DNA from: an uncultured Eubacteriales bacterium
GTDB lineage: Bacteria > Bacillota > Clostridia > Peptostreptococcales > Anaerovoracaceae
Direction of reading: 5' to 3'
Assembly (NCBI GenBank): GCA_910583765.1
Contig: CAJTYS010000019.1
Span: 7,246-71,245, forward strand
Length of the DNA stretch: 64,000 nt
Under the pieces are notes generated by a model. It was not told where the DNA came from and did no database searches. It saw only the letters and a list, made by a program, of their open reading frames with translations. The number at the start of each line of letters is the position of its first letter. Position 1 is the stretch's first letter. Below, piece by piece: positions 19,396 through 30,284 of this stretch. Made by a program: the position numbers and the translations under genes.

Positions 19396-20388
19396 ATGTT
19401 TGTTGATGAATTGCTGTTTTTCATGTATATATTTGCGGGATTCGCAGGCGTTCTGGCGATTTTGATGGTCCTGCTGCTGATCAAGTACCGGCATTCCGGC
19501 AATCAGCGGCTGTTAAGATCCATCCGCGATTTTATGCTGTGCACTGTGCTGATCGACTTTATCTATTTTTATTTTACATATTATGAATTGAAATATAATG
19601 AGAACGCAGTGACAATGGTCGTGCGCGTGCTGGATATGTGCGCCTTTATCGGACAAGTATACTTTTGGACCACCTATATGCGTGAAAAAAGCCTCTTCAA
19701 AGAAGATCGTTATAAGGCGATGAACACTGCGTCCTTCGTCCTAATAGCCCTATGTATCCTGCTTGCTATCGTATCCTATGGTTCTATGATGGATGATTAT
19801 TATCTGCCCAAAGACGGTATAAATAGGTATTTTCCTATCACAATTGAAATCATCATAGCGGTGATTCTAACGTTCATCGATCTGTGGTATCTGAAAACCG
19901 CTCTGCCAGGGATCGCGCAAAAAACATGCAAACGGAACATCATACTGGTCTCTGTTTTTCTGACAGTCAACGGTATATGGAACGCAATACTTGTCATTGG
20001 ACTTCTGCTTGGAAAGCTGGGCGTTTTCGTAGGGTACACCATAGATCCTACTCCGATCTTCATCTTCATGACCAATATCCTCACCATCCTGCTGATCAGA
20101 AGCGAAGACTTCACTGCTTTGTTCAAAGCCGAAGATCATCAAGAAAGCAATCTGGACAGCCTCACCGCGCAGATGGACGCTATCGCGGAGGCGCATTTTC
20201 TTACCGAGCGCGAACGGGAAATCATGGAGCTGGCTTATCATAAAATGACCAATCCAGAGATCGCAGAAAAATTGTGCATCTCAAAATATACAGTAAAAAA
20301 TCACATGCATCACATCTTTGAAAAGCTTGACGTTTCCACTAGAGCCGAACTAACTGCTCTGATCGATGGAACTGTCGCAGCATCATGA
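19396..20388 (+). CDS. Multi-TM membrane protein with C-terminal LuxR HTH, copy 2
   Basis: Clear paralog of 15262 (YIFAGFAG, RDFM, FIGQ.YFW, MDDYY, ISKYTVK.HMH.IFEKLD). Confidence 0.88.
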   Translation: MFVDELLFFMYIFAGFAGVLAILMVLLLIKYRHSGNQRLLRSIRDFMLCTVLIDFIYFYFTYYELKYNENAVTMVVRVLDMCAFIGQVYFWTTYMREKSLFKEDRYKAMNTASFVLIALCILLAIVSYGSMMDDYYLPKDGINRYFPITIEIIIAVILTFIDLWYLKTALPGIAQKTCKRNIILVSVFLTVNGIWNAILVIGLLLGKLGVFVGYTIDPTPIFIFMTNILTILLIRSEDFTALFKAEDHQESNLDSLTAQMDAIAEAHFLTEREREIMELAYHKMTNPEIAEKLCISKYTVKNHMHHIFEKLDVSTRAELTALIDGTVAAS

Positions 20389-20620
20389 AGCGGCCCCGCA
20401 GCCTTCTCGCCTCAAATCCGCAGCACTGATCGTTTCAGCTGAAAGCCTTGAATTTTCAATGTTATACGTCATGCGGCACTATGGAGCACTGTTAAAATAG
20501 TCCTCTGTGGACTATTGTTTTTTGCATGCGTTCAGCGTAAATTGTGAGTAATCAGAAAATTCAATTTTGGCATTCAGATCCAGCATGGATCTGCAATCCG
20601 TCAAAGAGGGAGACGATATC

Positions 20621-22939
20621 ATGAAAAAATCATTATTAAAGAAAGGGCTCGCGATCCTCGTGGTCGCATGCATGTCAACAGGCACATTGATGCTGACAGG
20701 GTGCGGCGGCAGTGAGCCTGCCAGCGGCGTAGCAGCGGATGTGGCGGCCATCGAACAGGCTGCGGATGAAGAGTTTGCCAAAGATATGACAGAGACCTTG
20801 GCATATGACGAAAAACTGAACGACGCAGACACCTTGTACCGAGGCGGCGGCAGCGCATCTGAACACGCCGCGTCCGACTATCTGGTAGAAAAGTTCAAAG
20901 AGGTCGGCCTTTCAGATGTGACAAAGGACGAAGTGATCGTGGACGGATGGGCCACGGGCGAAAGCTATATCAATGTAGGCGACATCAAGATCGCTGACAT
21001 GGTTTCCTACCAGTCCTCCGGCACCCACAACACCAAGGGCGAAGCGAATCCTGTGCGAATCAGAGACCTCAGCCAGGGAAAAACAGGCGATAAAAGAAAG
21101 AACATTGACAAAGACTGGACCAATATGGAAATCGTCAATGTGGGAACCGGCCACGCAGAAGAGTATGAAGGCCTGGACGTGGAAGGCAAGATCGTGCTGG
21201 CAGCGGTGAACCAAATGACTGAATCCTGGATCGACAGCCCTTACCACGAAGCTTTTTATCAGGGCGCGGCCGCTATCATCACCTATCAATACGATGATGA
21301 TGGCACAGGTTATGGCATGTACGATCTGATCGGCAATGAAAAAGCCTGTGATACCATTAATGTTCAGGATATCTGTGCAGAAGATCTCATTCCTTGCGGA
21401 AGCATTTCTCCAAAGGACGCTTCCCAGATCCTGGCCAAGATGAAGGAACAGAAAACAAAGACTCTTGGCAACGTGGAAATGAAACTGACCTGCGACATTA
21501 TGCCTGACACAAAGGCCTATAACGTGATCGGCAAGATCCCAGGCACAGAAAACACAGGACAGCAGATCCTGATCGGCGGACATTATGACAAATACCACGG
21601 CGGCGTCAATGATGACTGTACCGCAGTCGCTCTGGCCGCATCCATCGGTAAAGCCATGATCGAATCCGGCTACAAACCAAAGAACGACATTTACATCGTG
21701 GCTCACGCTGCGGAAGAATGGGGCCGCTCAGGAGCCGCGGACGACTGGGCCATCGGTTCATGGGAAGAAATCACGGAAAGGCACCCTGAATGGCAGGGCA
21801 CCACGCTGGCTTTCATTAATTTTGAAATGCCTGCCATCAAATCCGGCCAAAAGGCAGGCCAGATCCAGACCAGCTATGAATTCAACACAGCGATTGACCG
21901 TTTCCTAAAAGCAGATATGCTCAGCGCGTCTCATTATGAAGACGGCGTGTCGGTGGCCAATGACCACAACGTTGGCATGAGCGACTGCATCTCCTATCAG
22001 AGAAACGGAGTTCCGGTCATCATCAATCTGCCTGATTTCGATGAGCCAATCGAAGGTGAGGTAAGCAGCAGCAAACAGTGGATGATGGACAGATATCACA
22101 CTGTTTACGATGACATGAGCACTTATTCATCGGAATTGATGGAATACTCCATCGGCCTGTATGGTGGGATCGCCGCGTATCTGGACACCAATCCAGCCTT
22201 AGAGCTTGATCTTACTGCAAGATGCGAAGCTCTGGGTTCCATGATTGAAGGAACAGAAAGCTATCTCAGCGAAGATCAAAAGGGCCTTGTCACTCAGTAT
22301 CAGGAAAACCTGGAAGCCATGAAAACCGCAGGCGCGGCGCAGCTGAAAAAAGCCCAGGACATCAACGCCAAATATGAAGAAGCCTTGGGTAATAACGCGG
22401 GCACCGAAGAATTGTCAGCCATCACAGCCGAAGGCGCTGAGCTGAACAAAACAACGCTCCAGGCATTCCGCGCCATGGAAGATGAACTGATGGGAATCAT
22501 CGGCTCAGACACCAACATGGCCATCCATATCACAGCGCAAAGCATGCTGGACGGCTATAGCAGAGTGATCGGTGATCTGAAAGCAGGCAAAGTGACAGAT
22601 GACGGCGATGACTGCACACTGGCTGCGATGGCAGGCATTGGCGGAGGCACTGAATACACTGCATTCAATTATAGCAAGTTCGCCTATGACAAACTGCAGG
22701 AAGCCGTGAATTGCGATGTTGTAAAGGACACATGGGGTGAAGGCAAGTCAGCGAGAGTCAAAGATACCTATGCTGCCACCCAGAACGTACTGGCGCAGCT
22801 CTCCAGCAAAGGAAAGGCTGATTACAGCGATTCCATCAAAGCATACGAGAAAGCGGCGGAAAAAGCCACCGCGGAACTGGTGACATACTTGGAGCAGGAA
22901 ATCGCGGGCATGGCAAAGGTCGCTGAAATCCTCAAGTAA
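20621..22939 (+). CDS. M28-family PA-domain peptidase/amidohydrolase lipoprotein, copy 2
   Basis: Lipobox LTGC; GHYD, NDD, AEEWG, NFE, YHT; paralog of 16351. Confidence 0.85.
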   Translation: MKKSLLKKGLAILVVACMSTGTLMLTGCGGSEPASGVAADVAAIEQAADEEFAKDMTETLAYDEKLNDADTLYRGGGSASEHAASDYLVEKFKEVGLSDVTKDEVIVDGWATGESYINVGDIKIADMVSYQSSGTHNTKGEANPVRIRDLSQGKTGDKRKNIDKDWTNMEIVNVGTGHAEEYEGLDVEGKIVLAAVNQMTESWIDSPYHEAFYQGAAAIITYQYDDDGTGYGMYDLIGNEKACDTINVQDICAEDLIPCGSISPKDASQILAKMKEQKTKTLGNVEMKLTCDIMPDTKAYNVIGKIPGTENTGQQILIGGHYDKYHGGVNDDCTAVALAASIGKAMIESGYKPKNDIYIVAHAAEEWGRSGAADDWAIGSWEEITERHPEWQGTTLAFINFEMPAIKSGQKAGQIQTSYEFNTAIDRFLKADMLSASHYEDGVSVANDHNVGMSDCISYQRNGVPVIINLPDFDEPIEGEVSSSKQWMMDRYHTVYDDMSTYSSELMEYSIGLYGGIAAYLDTNPALELDLTARCEALGSMIEGTESYLSEDQKGLVTQYQENLEAMKTAGAAQLKKAQDINAKYEEALGNNAGTEELSAITAEGAELNKTTLQAFRAMEDELMGIIGSDTNMAIHITAQSMLDGYSRVIGDLKAGKVTDDGDDCTLAAMAGIGGGTEYTAFNYSKFAYDKLQEAVNCDVVKDTWGEGKSARVKDTYAATQNVLAQLSSKGKADYSDSIKAYEKAAEKATAELVTYLEQEIAGMAKVAEILK

Positions 22940-22958
22940 AAATTACGCAGGCTCTTAA

Positions 22959-24188
22959 TCAACAAAGAGATTCCTTGCGAATCATCTGAAATTCAGAAGC
23001 ATATGACAAGAAAGCAAAATCCCGAACCGAATGAAGGTTCGGGATTTTTGCGATACGCCCTTCCACCAGCTTTAATTCTTTTAAAAAATCGCCAATGCGC
23101 CGATTGCGGTATCTGCGGGAAACCAACCTCCGGTTCACAATGTCTTCATTAGAAATCGTCCTGTCTGGTCCAGGCAAGCTGGTAATTTCCATTTTTTCCG
23201 GCGTTACGGTAACAGTAATCGGTTCTCCGATCTGGTAGGATTTGTGGTAGATCGCGTTTGACAAGCTCTCCTCCACCGCCTCATAAGGAATGTTGAAAAA
23301 CCGTTCCGCCTCCGCCTGGCCAGGAATCTTTGTCACCTTTTCTTTGATAATGTAATTTTTGATGTAGCTCAACGCATCCCGCAGCTGCCGGTCCAATGGA
23401 CCCATGAACACTTTCTCTGTCATTCCCAGACCTGTGGGATCCGGCTTGTCCACCACTTCTATCCGTGCGTAAGGAAAAAAATGATCAGGCCGTTCATTGA
23501 AAAACATCAGCCCTACGTTCAGCGGTTTCCTCAGTTCCGATGGCCCGCCGATCAAATGCATGGAAACAGCGGTATCTGACACGGGCTGCTTCAAAGAGGC
23601 TTCGTGTAAATCGCTGTTCACTTCATAAAGAAATTCTGAAATCAAACTGGATTTCAAGTCCTCGATGTTTGCCGTCAAATTGGGGCGATCATCATAAGGC
23701 TGATTGCCAGCCAGCATGAACAACTCTTTTTCTTCCAGCTGGTTGGCTCGAATGGTGCTCGTCATCTTCCGGATATAGTACGCTTTCTCTGCTTTTACGG
23801 CTTTTTCAGTGGGAAAGCCCGTTGGACATTTGTATGGGCGGTCTGCCCCTCCTGGCACCCACAGCACAATGATTTGTTTTCCTTCATAATCAGCTGTCTC
23901 CACGATAGGAAGATACCTGGGTTCGATCAGATTGCATTTTTGCAGCAGCTCCTTGTTGATTCGATCAATGGATTTTTTCTCAAGCCCTTTGATGGGGAAC
24001 ACAGGCATGCCGTCTTTTTCCTCGATTCCAATGATGATATATCCGCCGCCCCAATTGTCGATATCATTGGCAAAGGCGCAGATGGTTCGCAAAATCGGTT
24101 CCGGATTCCAGTCGCTTTTATACTCTATGCGAGCGCTTTCTACCACTCGCTGATTCACCAAATCGGTAATGCTAATAGGCAGAGCCAT
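22959..24188 (-). pseudogene. AlbA_2 (Schlafen-like) + HATPase_c_4 protein, apparently 3'-truncated
   Basis: IEYK, ICAFAN, GGYIIIG, NAIYHKSY, RYRNRRIG; the frame runs through a terminator hairpin right after LVEGR and no C-terminal HTH is evident. Confidence 0.6.
23014..23051. terminator. Bidirectional terminator hairpin
   Basis: AAAATCCCGAACC-gaatgaa-GGTTCGGGATTTT, 13-bp perfect stem. Confidence 0.75.
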
Positions 24189-24627
24189 AAAAACCTCCTT
24201 ACTTACCCCTTTAACTTACCCCTTTATTTTAGCAAATATGCGCTGCCTTTGGAAGAAGGCTTTTGTGATTCTTTGGCACAGTCATTTTAAAAAAATTTTA
24301 CGCAAGAATGCGGTTTGCTTCCTTTTTTCCAGAAAGCCACCGCCCCTTTGATTATTTAAAATAATCTGACTTTAATATTTATACGAATTAAAGTGGTAAT
24401 CCAATAAAGCGCAATAGCATTAAATCCACAAACCACAAAAAACCGACCGGCAAAAATATTCATCGCAAATCAGCGCAAAATCCGTTGAAATCCCTGAAAA
24501 TCAAAAAAAGTGGTGGAAATATTCAGGCTTTTTGATTATAATAGTAGATACAATTCAACATGTCAAAGCAGTTAATATTTATTTATAATATTGCATAAAT
24601 ATTTATTTAAAAGATTGGAGAAAAACG

Positions 24628-26160
24628 ATGGCTATTATTATCAATGGACGAGACCTTACGGTCGATGAAGTGATTCGAGCGGCCCGTTTCCACGAATCCG
24701 TAGGCATTTCTCCCCAAGCCCAGGCCGCAGTCAAAAAGGCTCGGGACTATGTGGACAAAAAGCTGGAGGAAGGCGCGATCATTTATGGCCTTACCACGGG
24801 CTTCGGAAAATTTTCCGACACCTTCATTTCCAAAGAGGAAACCACAGACCTGCAGCGGAACCTGATCATCAGCCACACCTGCGCCATGGGGGACCCACTC
24901 CCCACAGAAGTGGTGCGTGCCATCATGCTCCTGCGGTGCAATGCCCTTTCCAGAGGGAATTCAGGGATCCGGCCATCCACTTTGAACACTCTGCTGGAGA
25001 TGCTCAACAAAGGCGTCCACCCGCAGATCCCAGAAAAGGGATCCCTAGGTGCGAGCGGCGATCTGGCTCCCCTGGCCCACATGGTGCTCACTCTCATCGG
25101 TGAAGGAAAAGCGGAATTCCAAGGTGAAATCATGTCTAGCCGAGAAGCCATGGAAAAGGCGGGCATCCAGCCGGTCCAACTGGCGGCAAAGGAAGGCCTG
25201 GCACTGATCAACGGGACCCAGGTCATGACCGCCATCGGCCTGATCACCCTCTACGACGCCATGAACCTGTTAAAAACAGCTGATATTGCCGCTGCCATGA
25301 CTGCCGAAGCTCTCAATGGAATCACAAAAGCCTACGATCCGAAGGTACATATGGCAAGAGGTCATCAGGGACAACAGGACGTGGCCGCCAATCTGCTGAC
25401 GCTCCTGGCAGGCAGTGAAAACGCCCAAGATGTCAACCGCAACAAAGTGCAGGACCCTTACTCCCTGCGCTGCGTGCCGCAGATCCACGGCGCTTCCAGA
25501 GACGCGATCCAATACGTGTACGAAGCTGTCACTCGGGAAATCAACGCAGTGACCGACAATCCGCTGATTTTTCCAGACGAAGACGAAGTCATTTCCGGTG
25601 GAAACTTCCACGGACAGCCCATGGCTCTGGCCTTTGATTTCCTAAAGCTGGCCATTTCCGAGCTTGCCAATGTTTCTGAGCGGCGCAGCGAGCGGCTGAT
25701 CAATCCCCAGCTTTCCGAAGGCTTGGCGCCGTTTCTCACAAAGCATGGCGGCGTGTGCTCCGGCTTTATGATCGCCCAGTACGCAGCGGCCTCCATGGTA
25801 TCGGAGAACAAAATCTACGCGCATCCGGCCTGCGTGGATTCCATCCCATCTTCCGGCAATCAGGAAGACCATGTGAGCATGGGCACCACGGCGGCAAGGA
25901 CAGCGGCCATGATCCTGGACAATGCTCAAAAAGTCCTGGGCATCGAACTGTTTGCGGCGTCTCAGGCCATCTGGCTCAGGCGGCGGGGACGCTTGAAAAT
26001 GGCTCCTGTGACCAAAGCGGTTTACGAATATATCAGGGAATCCGTGGAGCCTGTGGACCAGGACATCATCATGCATGATGAGCTGGAAAAGTTTGATAAA
26101 ATGGTAAAAAGCGGAGAAATCACCAAAGTGGCCGAAGAAGCCGCGGGCCCGCTGAAATAA
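24628..26160 (+). CDS. hutH: Histidine ammonia-lyase
   Basis: YGLTTGFG, MIO-forming GASGDLAPLAH, QDPYSLRC, TDNP, GGNFHG, QEDHVSMG. Confidence 0.97.
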   Translation: MAIIINGRDLTVDEVIRAARFHESVGISPQAQAAVKKARDYVDKKLEEGAIIYGLTTGFGKFSDTFISKEETTDLQRNLIISHTCAMGDPLPTEVVRAIMLLRCNALSRGNSGIRPSTLNTLLEMLNKGVHPQIPEKGSLGASGDLAPLAHMVLTLIGEGKAEFQGEIMSSREAMEKAGIQPVQLAAKEGLALINGTQVMTAIGLITLYDAMNLLKTADIAAAMTAEALNGITKAYDPKVHMARGHQGQQDVAANLLTLLAGSENAQDVNRNKVQDPYSLRCVPQIHGASRDAIQYVYEAVTREINAVTDNPLIFPDEDEVISGGNFHGQPMALAFDFLKLAISELANVSERRSERLINPQLSEGLAPFLTKHGGVCSGFMIAQYAAASMVSENKIYAHPACVDSIPSSGNQEDHVSMGTTAARTAAMILDNAQKVLGIELFAASQAIWLRRRGRLKMAPVTKAVYEYIRESVEPVDQDIIMHDELEKFDKMVKSGEITKVAEEAAGPLK

Positions 26161-26287
26161 TTGGAGTTGAAATTAGTAGAACAGAGGGCCCTTGTGATCC
26201 CAGCGAAGCAGGAGCCCCAGACCACTTCTAGCCTATTATCCATCGACCGCATCCCTACGATCGAATAGGCTGATGAAATAAAGGAGG

Positions 26288-28318
26288 ATGACTATGTTAG
26301 ATAACAAAACCATCGCCCAGGCGATGACCATCAAACTGGACAATACCCTTCCTGAGTATCCCAAGTTTGAAGAAGGAAAACGGAGAGCGCCGGACAGAGG
26401 TTTCCGCCTCACAAAAGAACAGACGAAGCTGGCTCTGAAAAACGCTTTACGCTACGTGCCGGAAGAGCTCCATGAAACCCTTGCCCCAGAATTCATGGAA
26501 GAGCTGAAAACTTATGGCCGCGTTTACGCTTACCGCTATCGGCCGGAAGGCAGAATTTATGGAAAACCCATTCATGAATACAAAGGCAAATGTCTGGAGG
26601 GCAAGGCCTTCCAGGTGATGATCGATAACAACCTGGATTTTGAGATCGCCCTGTATCCTTACGAACTGGTGACTTACGGGGAAACAGGCCAGCCTTGCCA
26701 AAACTGGCTCCAGTACCGTCTCATCAAAAAATATCTGGAAGAGTTAACGGAAAATCAGACTTTGGTAGTGGAATCCGGGCACCCGCTGGGCCTGTTCCCA
26801 TCCAAGCCAACTGCTCCAAGAGTAGTCATCACCAATTCCATGATGGTGGGCATGTTCGACAATCTGGATGACTGGGAAGTGGCAGAAGAAATGGGCGTGG
26901 CCAACTACGGTCAGATGACTGCCGGCGGCTGGATGTACATCGGACCGCAGGGAATCGTCCATGGCACTTTCAACACCATCCTCAACGCAGGGCGGAAATA
27001 TCTGGGCGTGCCGGAGCAGGGTGACTTGACGGGCCACCTGTTTGTTTCCTCTGGACTGGGCGGCATGAGCGGCGCACAGCCGAAGGCAGCTAACATCGCC
27101 CGGGCGGTGGGCATTTTCGCAGAAGTAGATCGTTCCCGCATTGTAACCAGGCACGACCAGGGCTGGGTTGACGTGATCATGGATGATCTGGACGAAATTT
27201 TCAAGCTGGCATCAGAAAAGCTGACGGCAAAAGAAAGCATTTCCATTGCTTATCATGGAAACATCGTGGACCTGCTGGAAGCCGCAGTGAAAAAGGATTT
27301 CAAGATTGACCTGCTTTCTGACCAGACTTCCTGCCACAACGTGTACAATGGCGGCTACTGTCCTGTGGGCTTGACTTTTGAGGAAAGGACCGAACTGCTT
27401 CACAAAGACAGAGACGCGTTCTGCCAGAGGGTGGACGCTTCCCTTCACAGACATTTCCAGGCCATCAAAGCCTTGTCCGCAAAAGGGACCTACTTCTTTG
27501 ACTATGGAAATTCCTTTATGAAGGCCATGTATGACGCTGGCGTGAAGGAAATCTCGAAAAATGGGCACGATGAAAAAGACGGTTTCATCTGGCCTTCTTA
27601 TGTGGAAGACATCATGGGACCAATGCTCTTTGACTACGGATACGGCCCGTTCCGCTGGGTCTGCTTGTCTGGGAAACCGGAAGATCTGGACGCGACGGAC
27701 CAGGCGGCTATGGACTGCATTGACCCGAACCGCCGTTTCCAAGATCGGGACAACTGGGTATGGATCCGGGACGCGAAAGCCAACAAAATGGTAGTGGGCA
27801 CCCAGGCCAGGATCCTTTATCAGGACGCGGAAGGCAGGACCAGGATCGCTCTGAAATTCAATGAAATGGTGCGGGAAGGCAAGATCGGCCCGGTGATGTT
27901 GGGAAGAGACCACCACGATGTGAGCGGCACGGACTCCCCTTTCCGAGAAACAGCCAATATCAAAGACGGCAGCAATGTCATGGCGGATATGGCCGTGCAG
28001 TGCTTTGCCGGAAACGCGGCCCGTGGCATGAGTCTCTGCGCCCTGCACAACGGCGGCGGCGTAGGCATCGGGAAAGCCATCAACGGCGGCTTCGGCTTAG
28101 TGCTGGATGGAAGCGAGCGGATCGACACCATCATCAAGTCCGCTATGATGTGGGACGTAATGGGCGGCGTTGCCAGAAGAAACTGGGCGAGAAATGAAAA
28201 CGCTCTGGAAACCGCGGCAGCTTACAACAAAAATTACGCAGGAAACGGCCACATCACCATCCCATACGTGGCAGACGACCAATTGGTGGAAGACGTTGTG
28301 TCCAAGTTCGTGAAATAG
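26288..28318 (+). CDS. hutU: Urocanate hydratase (long form)
   Basis: YGQMTAG, YIGPQGIVHGT, GLGGMSGAQ, DQTSCH, GRDHHDVSGTDSPFRET. Confidence 0.97.
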   Translation: MTMLDNKTIAQAMTIKLDNTLPEYPKFEEGKRRAPDRGFRLTKEQTKLALKNALRYVPEELHETLAPEFMEELKTYGRVYAYRYRPEGRIYGKPIHEYKGKCLEGKAFQVMIDNNLDFEIALYPYELVTYGETGQPCQNWLQYRLIKKYLEELTENQTLVVESGHPLGLFPSKPTAPRVVITNSMMVGMFDNLDDWEVAEEMGVANYGQMTAGGWMYIGPQGIVHGTFNTILNAGRKYLGVPEQGDLTGHLFVSSGLGGMSGAQPKAANIARAVGIFAEVDRSRIVTRHDQGWVDVIMDDLDEIFKLASEKLTAKESISIAYHGNIVDLLEAAVKKDFKIDLLSDQTSCHNVYNGGYCPVGLTFEERTELLHKDRDAFCQRVDASLHRHFQAIKALSAKGTYFFDYGNSFMKAMYDAGVKEISKNGHDEKDGFIWPSYVEDIMGPMLFDYGYGPFRWVCLSGKPEDLDATDQAAMDCIDPNRRFQDRDNWVWIRDAKANKMVVGTQARILYQDAEGRTRIALKFNEMVREGKIGPVMLGRDHHDVSGTDSPFRETANIKDGSNVMADMAVQCFAGNAARGMSLCALHNGGGVGIGKAINGGFGLVLDGSERIDTIIKSAMMWDVMGGVARRNWARNENALETAAAYNKNYAGNGHITIPYVADDQLVEDVVSKFVK

Positions 28319-28340
28319 CTGGTGCAGCAGGGAGACAAAT

Positions 28341-29570
28341 ATGAGTACATTACTGATCAAAAATATCGGCAGACTGCAAACGCCTGTGGGCAGCCACAGT
28401 CACAAAGGGCCGCAGCAAGGCGAAAATCTGAAACTGGACAACGCCGCCATGCTGGTGGAAAACGGTCTGATCAAAGAAATCACTGCAGACGGCGCTCTGC
28501 CCCAGGGTGACGCGGATGTGGTGATGGACGCAGAGGGAAATCTAGTGACCCCCGGCCTGGTGGAAGGCCATACCCATCTGGTCTTTGGCGGCTATCGCCA
28601 GGGGGAAATCCCTCTCAAGCTGAAAGGCGCGGGATACCTGGACATCCTCAAAGCAGGCGGCGGCATCCTGGACACTGTACAAAAGACCAGACAGGCCAGT
28701 GAAGAAGAGCTTTGTGAAAAGAGCGAAGGTTTCTTAAACGAAATGCTGCGCCTGGGCGTGACCACCTGCGAGGCAAAGAGCGGCTACGGCTTGGACCTGG
28801 AAACAGAGGTGAAAATGCTGAAGGTAGTGAAAACCCTGAACCAGCGGCATCCTATTGACCTGGTTTCCACCTTCTTGGGCGCGCATGCCGTGCCTCCGGA
28901 ATACAAAGACCGGGGCGACGCATATATCGAGCTGATGTGCGAAACTGTGATTCCTTATGTGAAAGAGCATGACCTGGCAGAATTCTGTGACGTGTTCTGT
29001 GAGGACAGTGTCTTTGATGTGGCCCAGAGCCGGACTTATCTGGAGTGCGCCAAGGCCCACGGATTCGGTCTGAAGATCCATGCGGATGAGATCGAAGAGA
29101 TCGGCGGCAGCCAGCTTGCCGGTGAACTGAACGCCATTTCCGCGGAGCACTTGATCGCCATTGGTGAAAAAGGAATGGATGCCATGGCAAAGGGCGGGAC
29201 CACAGCCATGCTCCTGCCTGCCACTTCGTTTTATCTGGGCAAGAGCTTTGCTCCGGCGAGGCGGATGATCGAAAAGGGAATCCCTGTGGCCCTGGCCTCG
29301 GACTTTAATCCAGGCTCCTGCCCTTCCCTGAATCTGCAGTTTGTCATTAATTTAGGGTATCTGAAATACCAGATGACACCAGAAGAGATCCTTACCGCCG
29401 TGACCATCAACCCGGCCTGCGCCATTGGACGGGGAGATCTGGTAGGGACCTTGGAACCAGGAAAGCAAGCGGATTTCGTCATTTGGGACGCACCGGACAT
29501 GGAAATGCTCTGTTACCGGTTCGGCTCTAATCTAGCGCTGCAAGTGATCAAAAAAGGAGAAATGGTTTAA
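28341..29570 (+). CDS. hutI: Imidazolonepropionase
   Basis: HTHLVFGG, EAKSGYGL, LGAHA, IHADE, DFNPGS. Confidence 0.96.
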   Translation: MSTLLIKNIGRLQTPVGSHSHKGPQQGENLKLDNAAMLVENGLIKEITADGALPQGDADVVMDAEGNLVTPGLVEGHTHLVFGGYRQGEIPLKLKGAGYLDILKAGGGILDTVQKTRQASEEELCEKSEGFLNEMLRLGVTTCEAKSGYGLDLETEVKMLKVVKTLNQRHPIDLVSTFLGAHAVPPEYKDRGDAYIELMCETVIPYVKEHDLAEFCDVFCEDSVFDVAQSRTYLECAKAHGFGLKIHADEIEEIGGSQLAGELNAISAEHLIAIGEKGMDAMAKGGTTAMLLPATSFYLGKSFAPARRMIEKGIPVALASDFNPGSCPSLNLQFVINLGYLKYQMTPEEILTAVTINPACAIGRGDLVGTLEPGKQADFVIWDAPDMEMLCYRFGSNLALQVIKKGEMV

Positions 29571-30197
29571 ATGAAATTGATTGATTTAAAAGTAGAGGAA
29601 TATCTGGATATTTTAAAGTCAGACGCACCCGCGCCAGGCGGCGGTTCTGTCAGCGCCCTGGCAGGCGCACAGGCTGTTGGTCTGATGATGATGGTAGCGG
29701 ACTTGACCATTGGCAAGGAAAAATACGCTGATTATCAGGACATCTGCCAAAAGGCCAAAGCCCGGGGAACGGAGCTTTACGGGCAGCTGACGGAGGCCAT
29801 TGACAAGGACACGGATGCCTTTAATCTGGTTTCCGCTGCCTTTAAAATGCCAAAGGGCACACCAGAGGAAAAAGCCGCTCGCAGCAAAGCGATCGCCGAA
29901 GGGACACTGACAGCCACCGAAGTCCCTTACAGCGTCATGCAGCTGGCCCACGAAGCCATGCTCTTAGCGGAAACCATGGTAGGAAAGTCCAATCCTAACG
30001 CAGCCAGCGACCTGGGGGTCTGCGTCCTCAATCTCATGGCTGCCATCAAAGGCGCATGGCTCAACGTGAAGATCAACCTGCCAGGGGTAAAGGACAAAGA
30101 GAAAGCCGCAGCCTTCGCAGAAGGTGGGCAGAAAATTTATGATGAAGCCGAGGCCATTGCCAGAAGGCTTTATAACGAAGTTTTGAAACAGTTATAA
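29571..30197 (+). CDS. Formiminotetrahydrofolate cyclodeaminase / cyclohydrolase (FTCD_C family)
   Basis: PAPGGGSVSAL, SDLGV, NVKINL; hut operon context. Confidence 0.9.
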   Translation: MKLIDLKVEEYLDILKSDAPAPGGGSVSALAGAQAVGLMMMVADLTIGKEKYADYQDICQKAKARGTELYGQLTEAIDKDTDAFNLVSAAFKMPKGTPEEKAARSKAIAEGTLTATEVPYSVMQLAHEAMLLAETMVGKSNPNAASDLGVCVLNLMAAIKGAWLNVKINLPGVKDKEKAAAFAEGGQKIYDEAEAIARRLYNEVLKQL

Positions 30198-30284
30198 TGA
30201 CATCAGCCCCGCCGTTTTTTAGCTGCGGGATTTAACAATATGCTAGAAACGAGCGTTTCTATATACATGTAAAGGAGAAACAGA

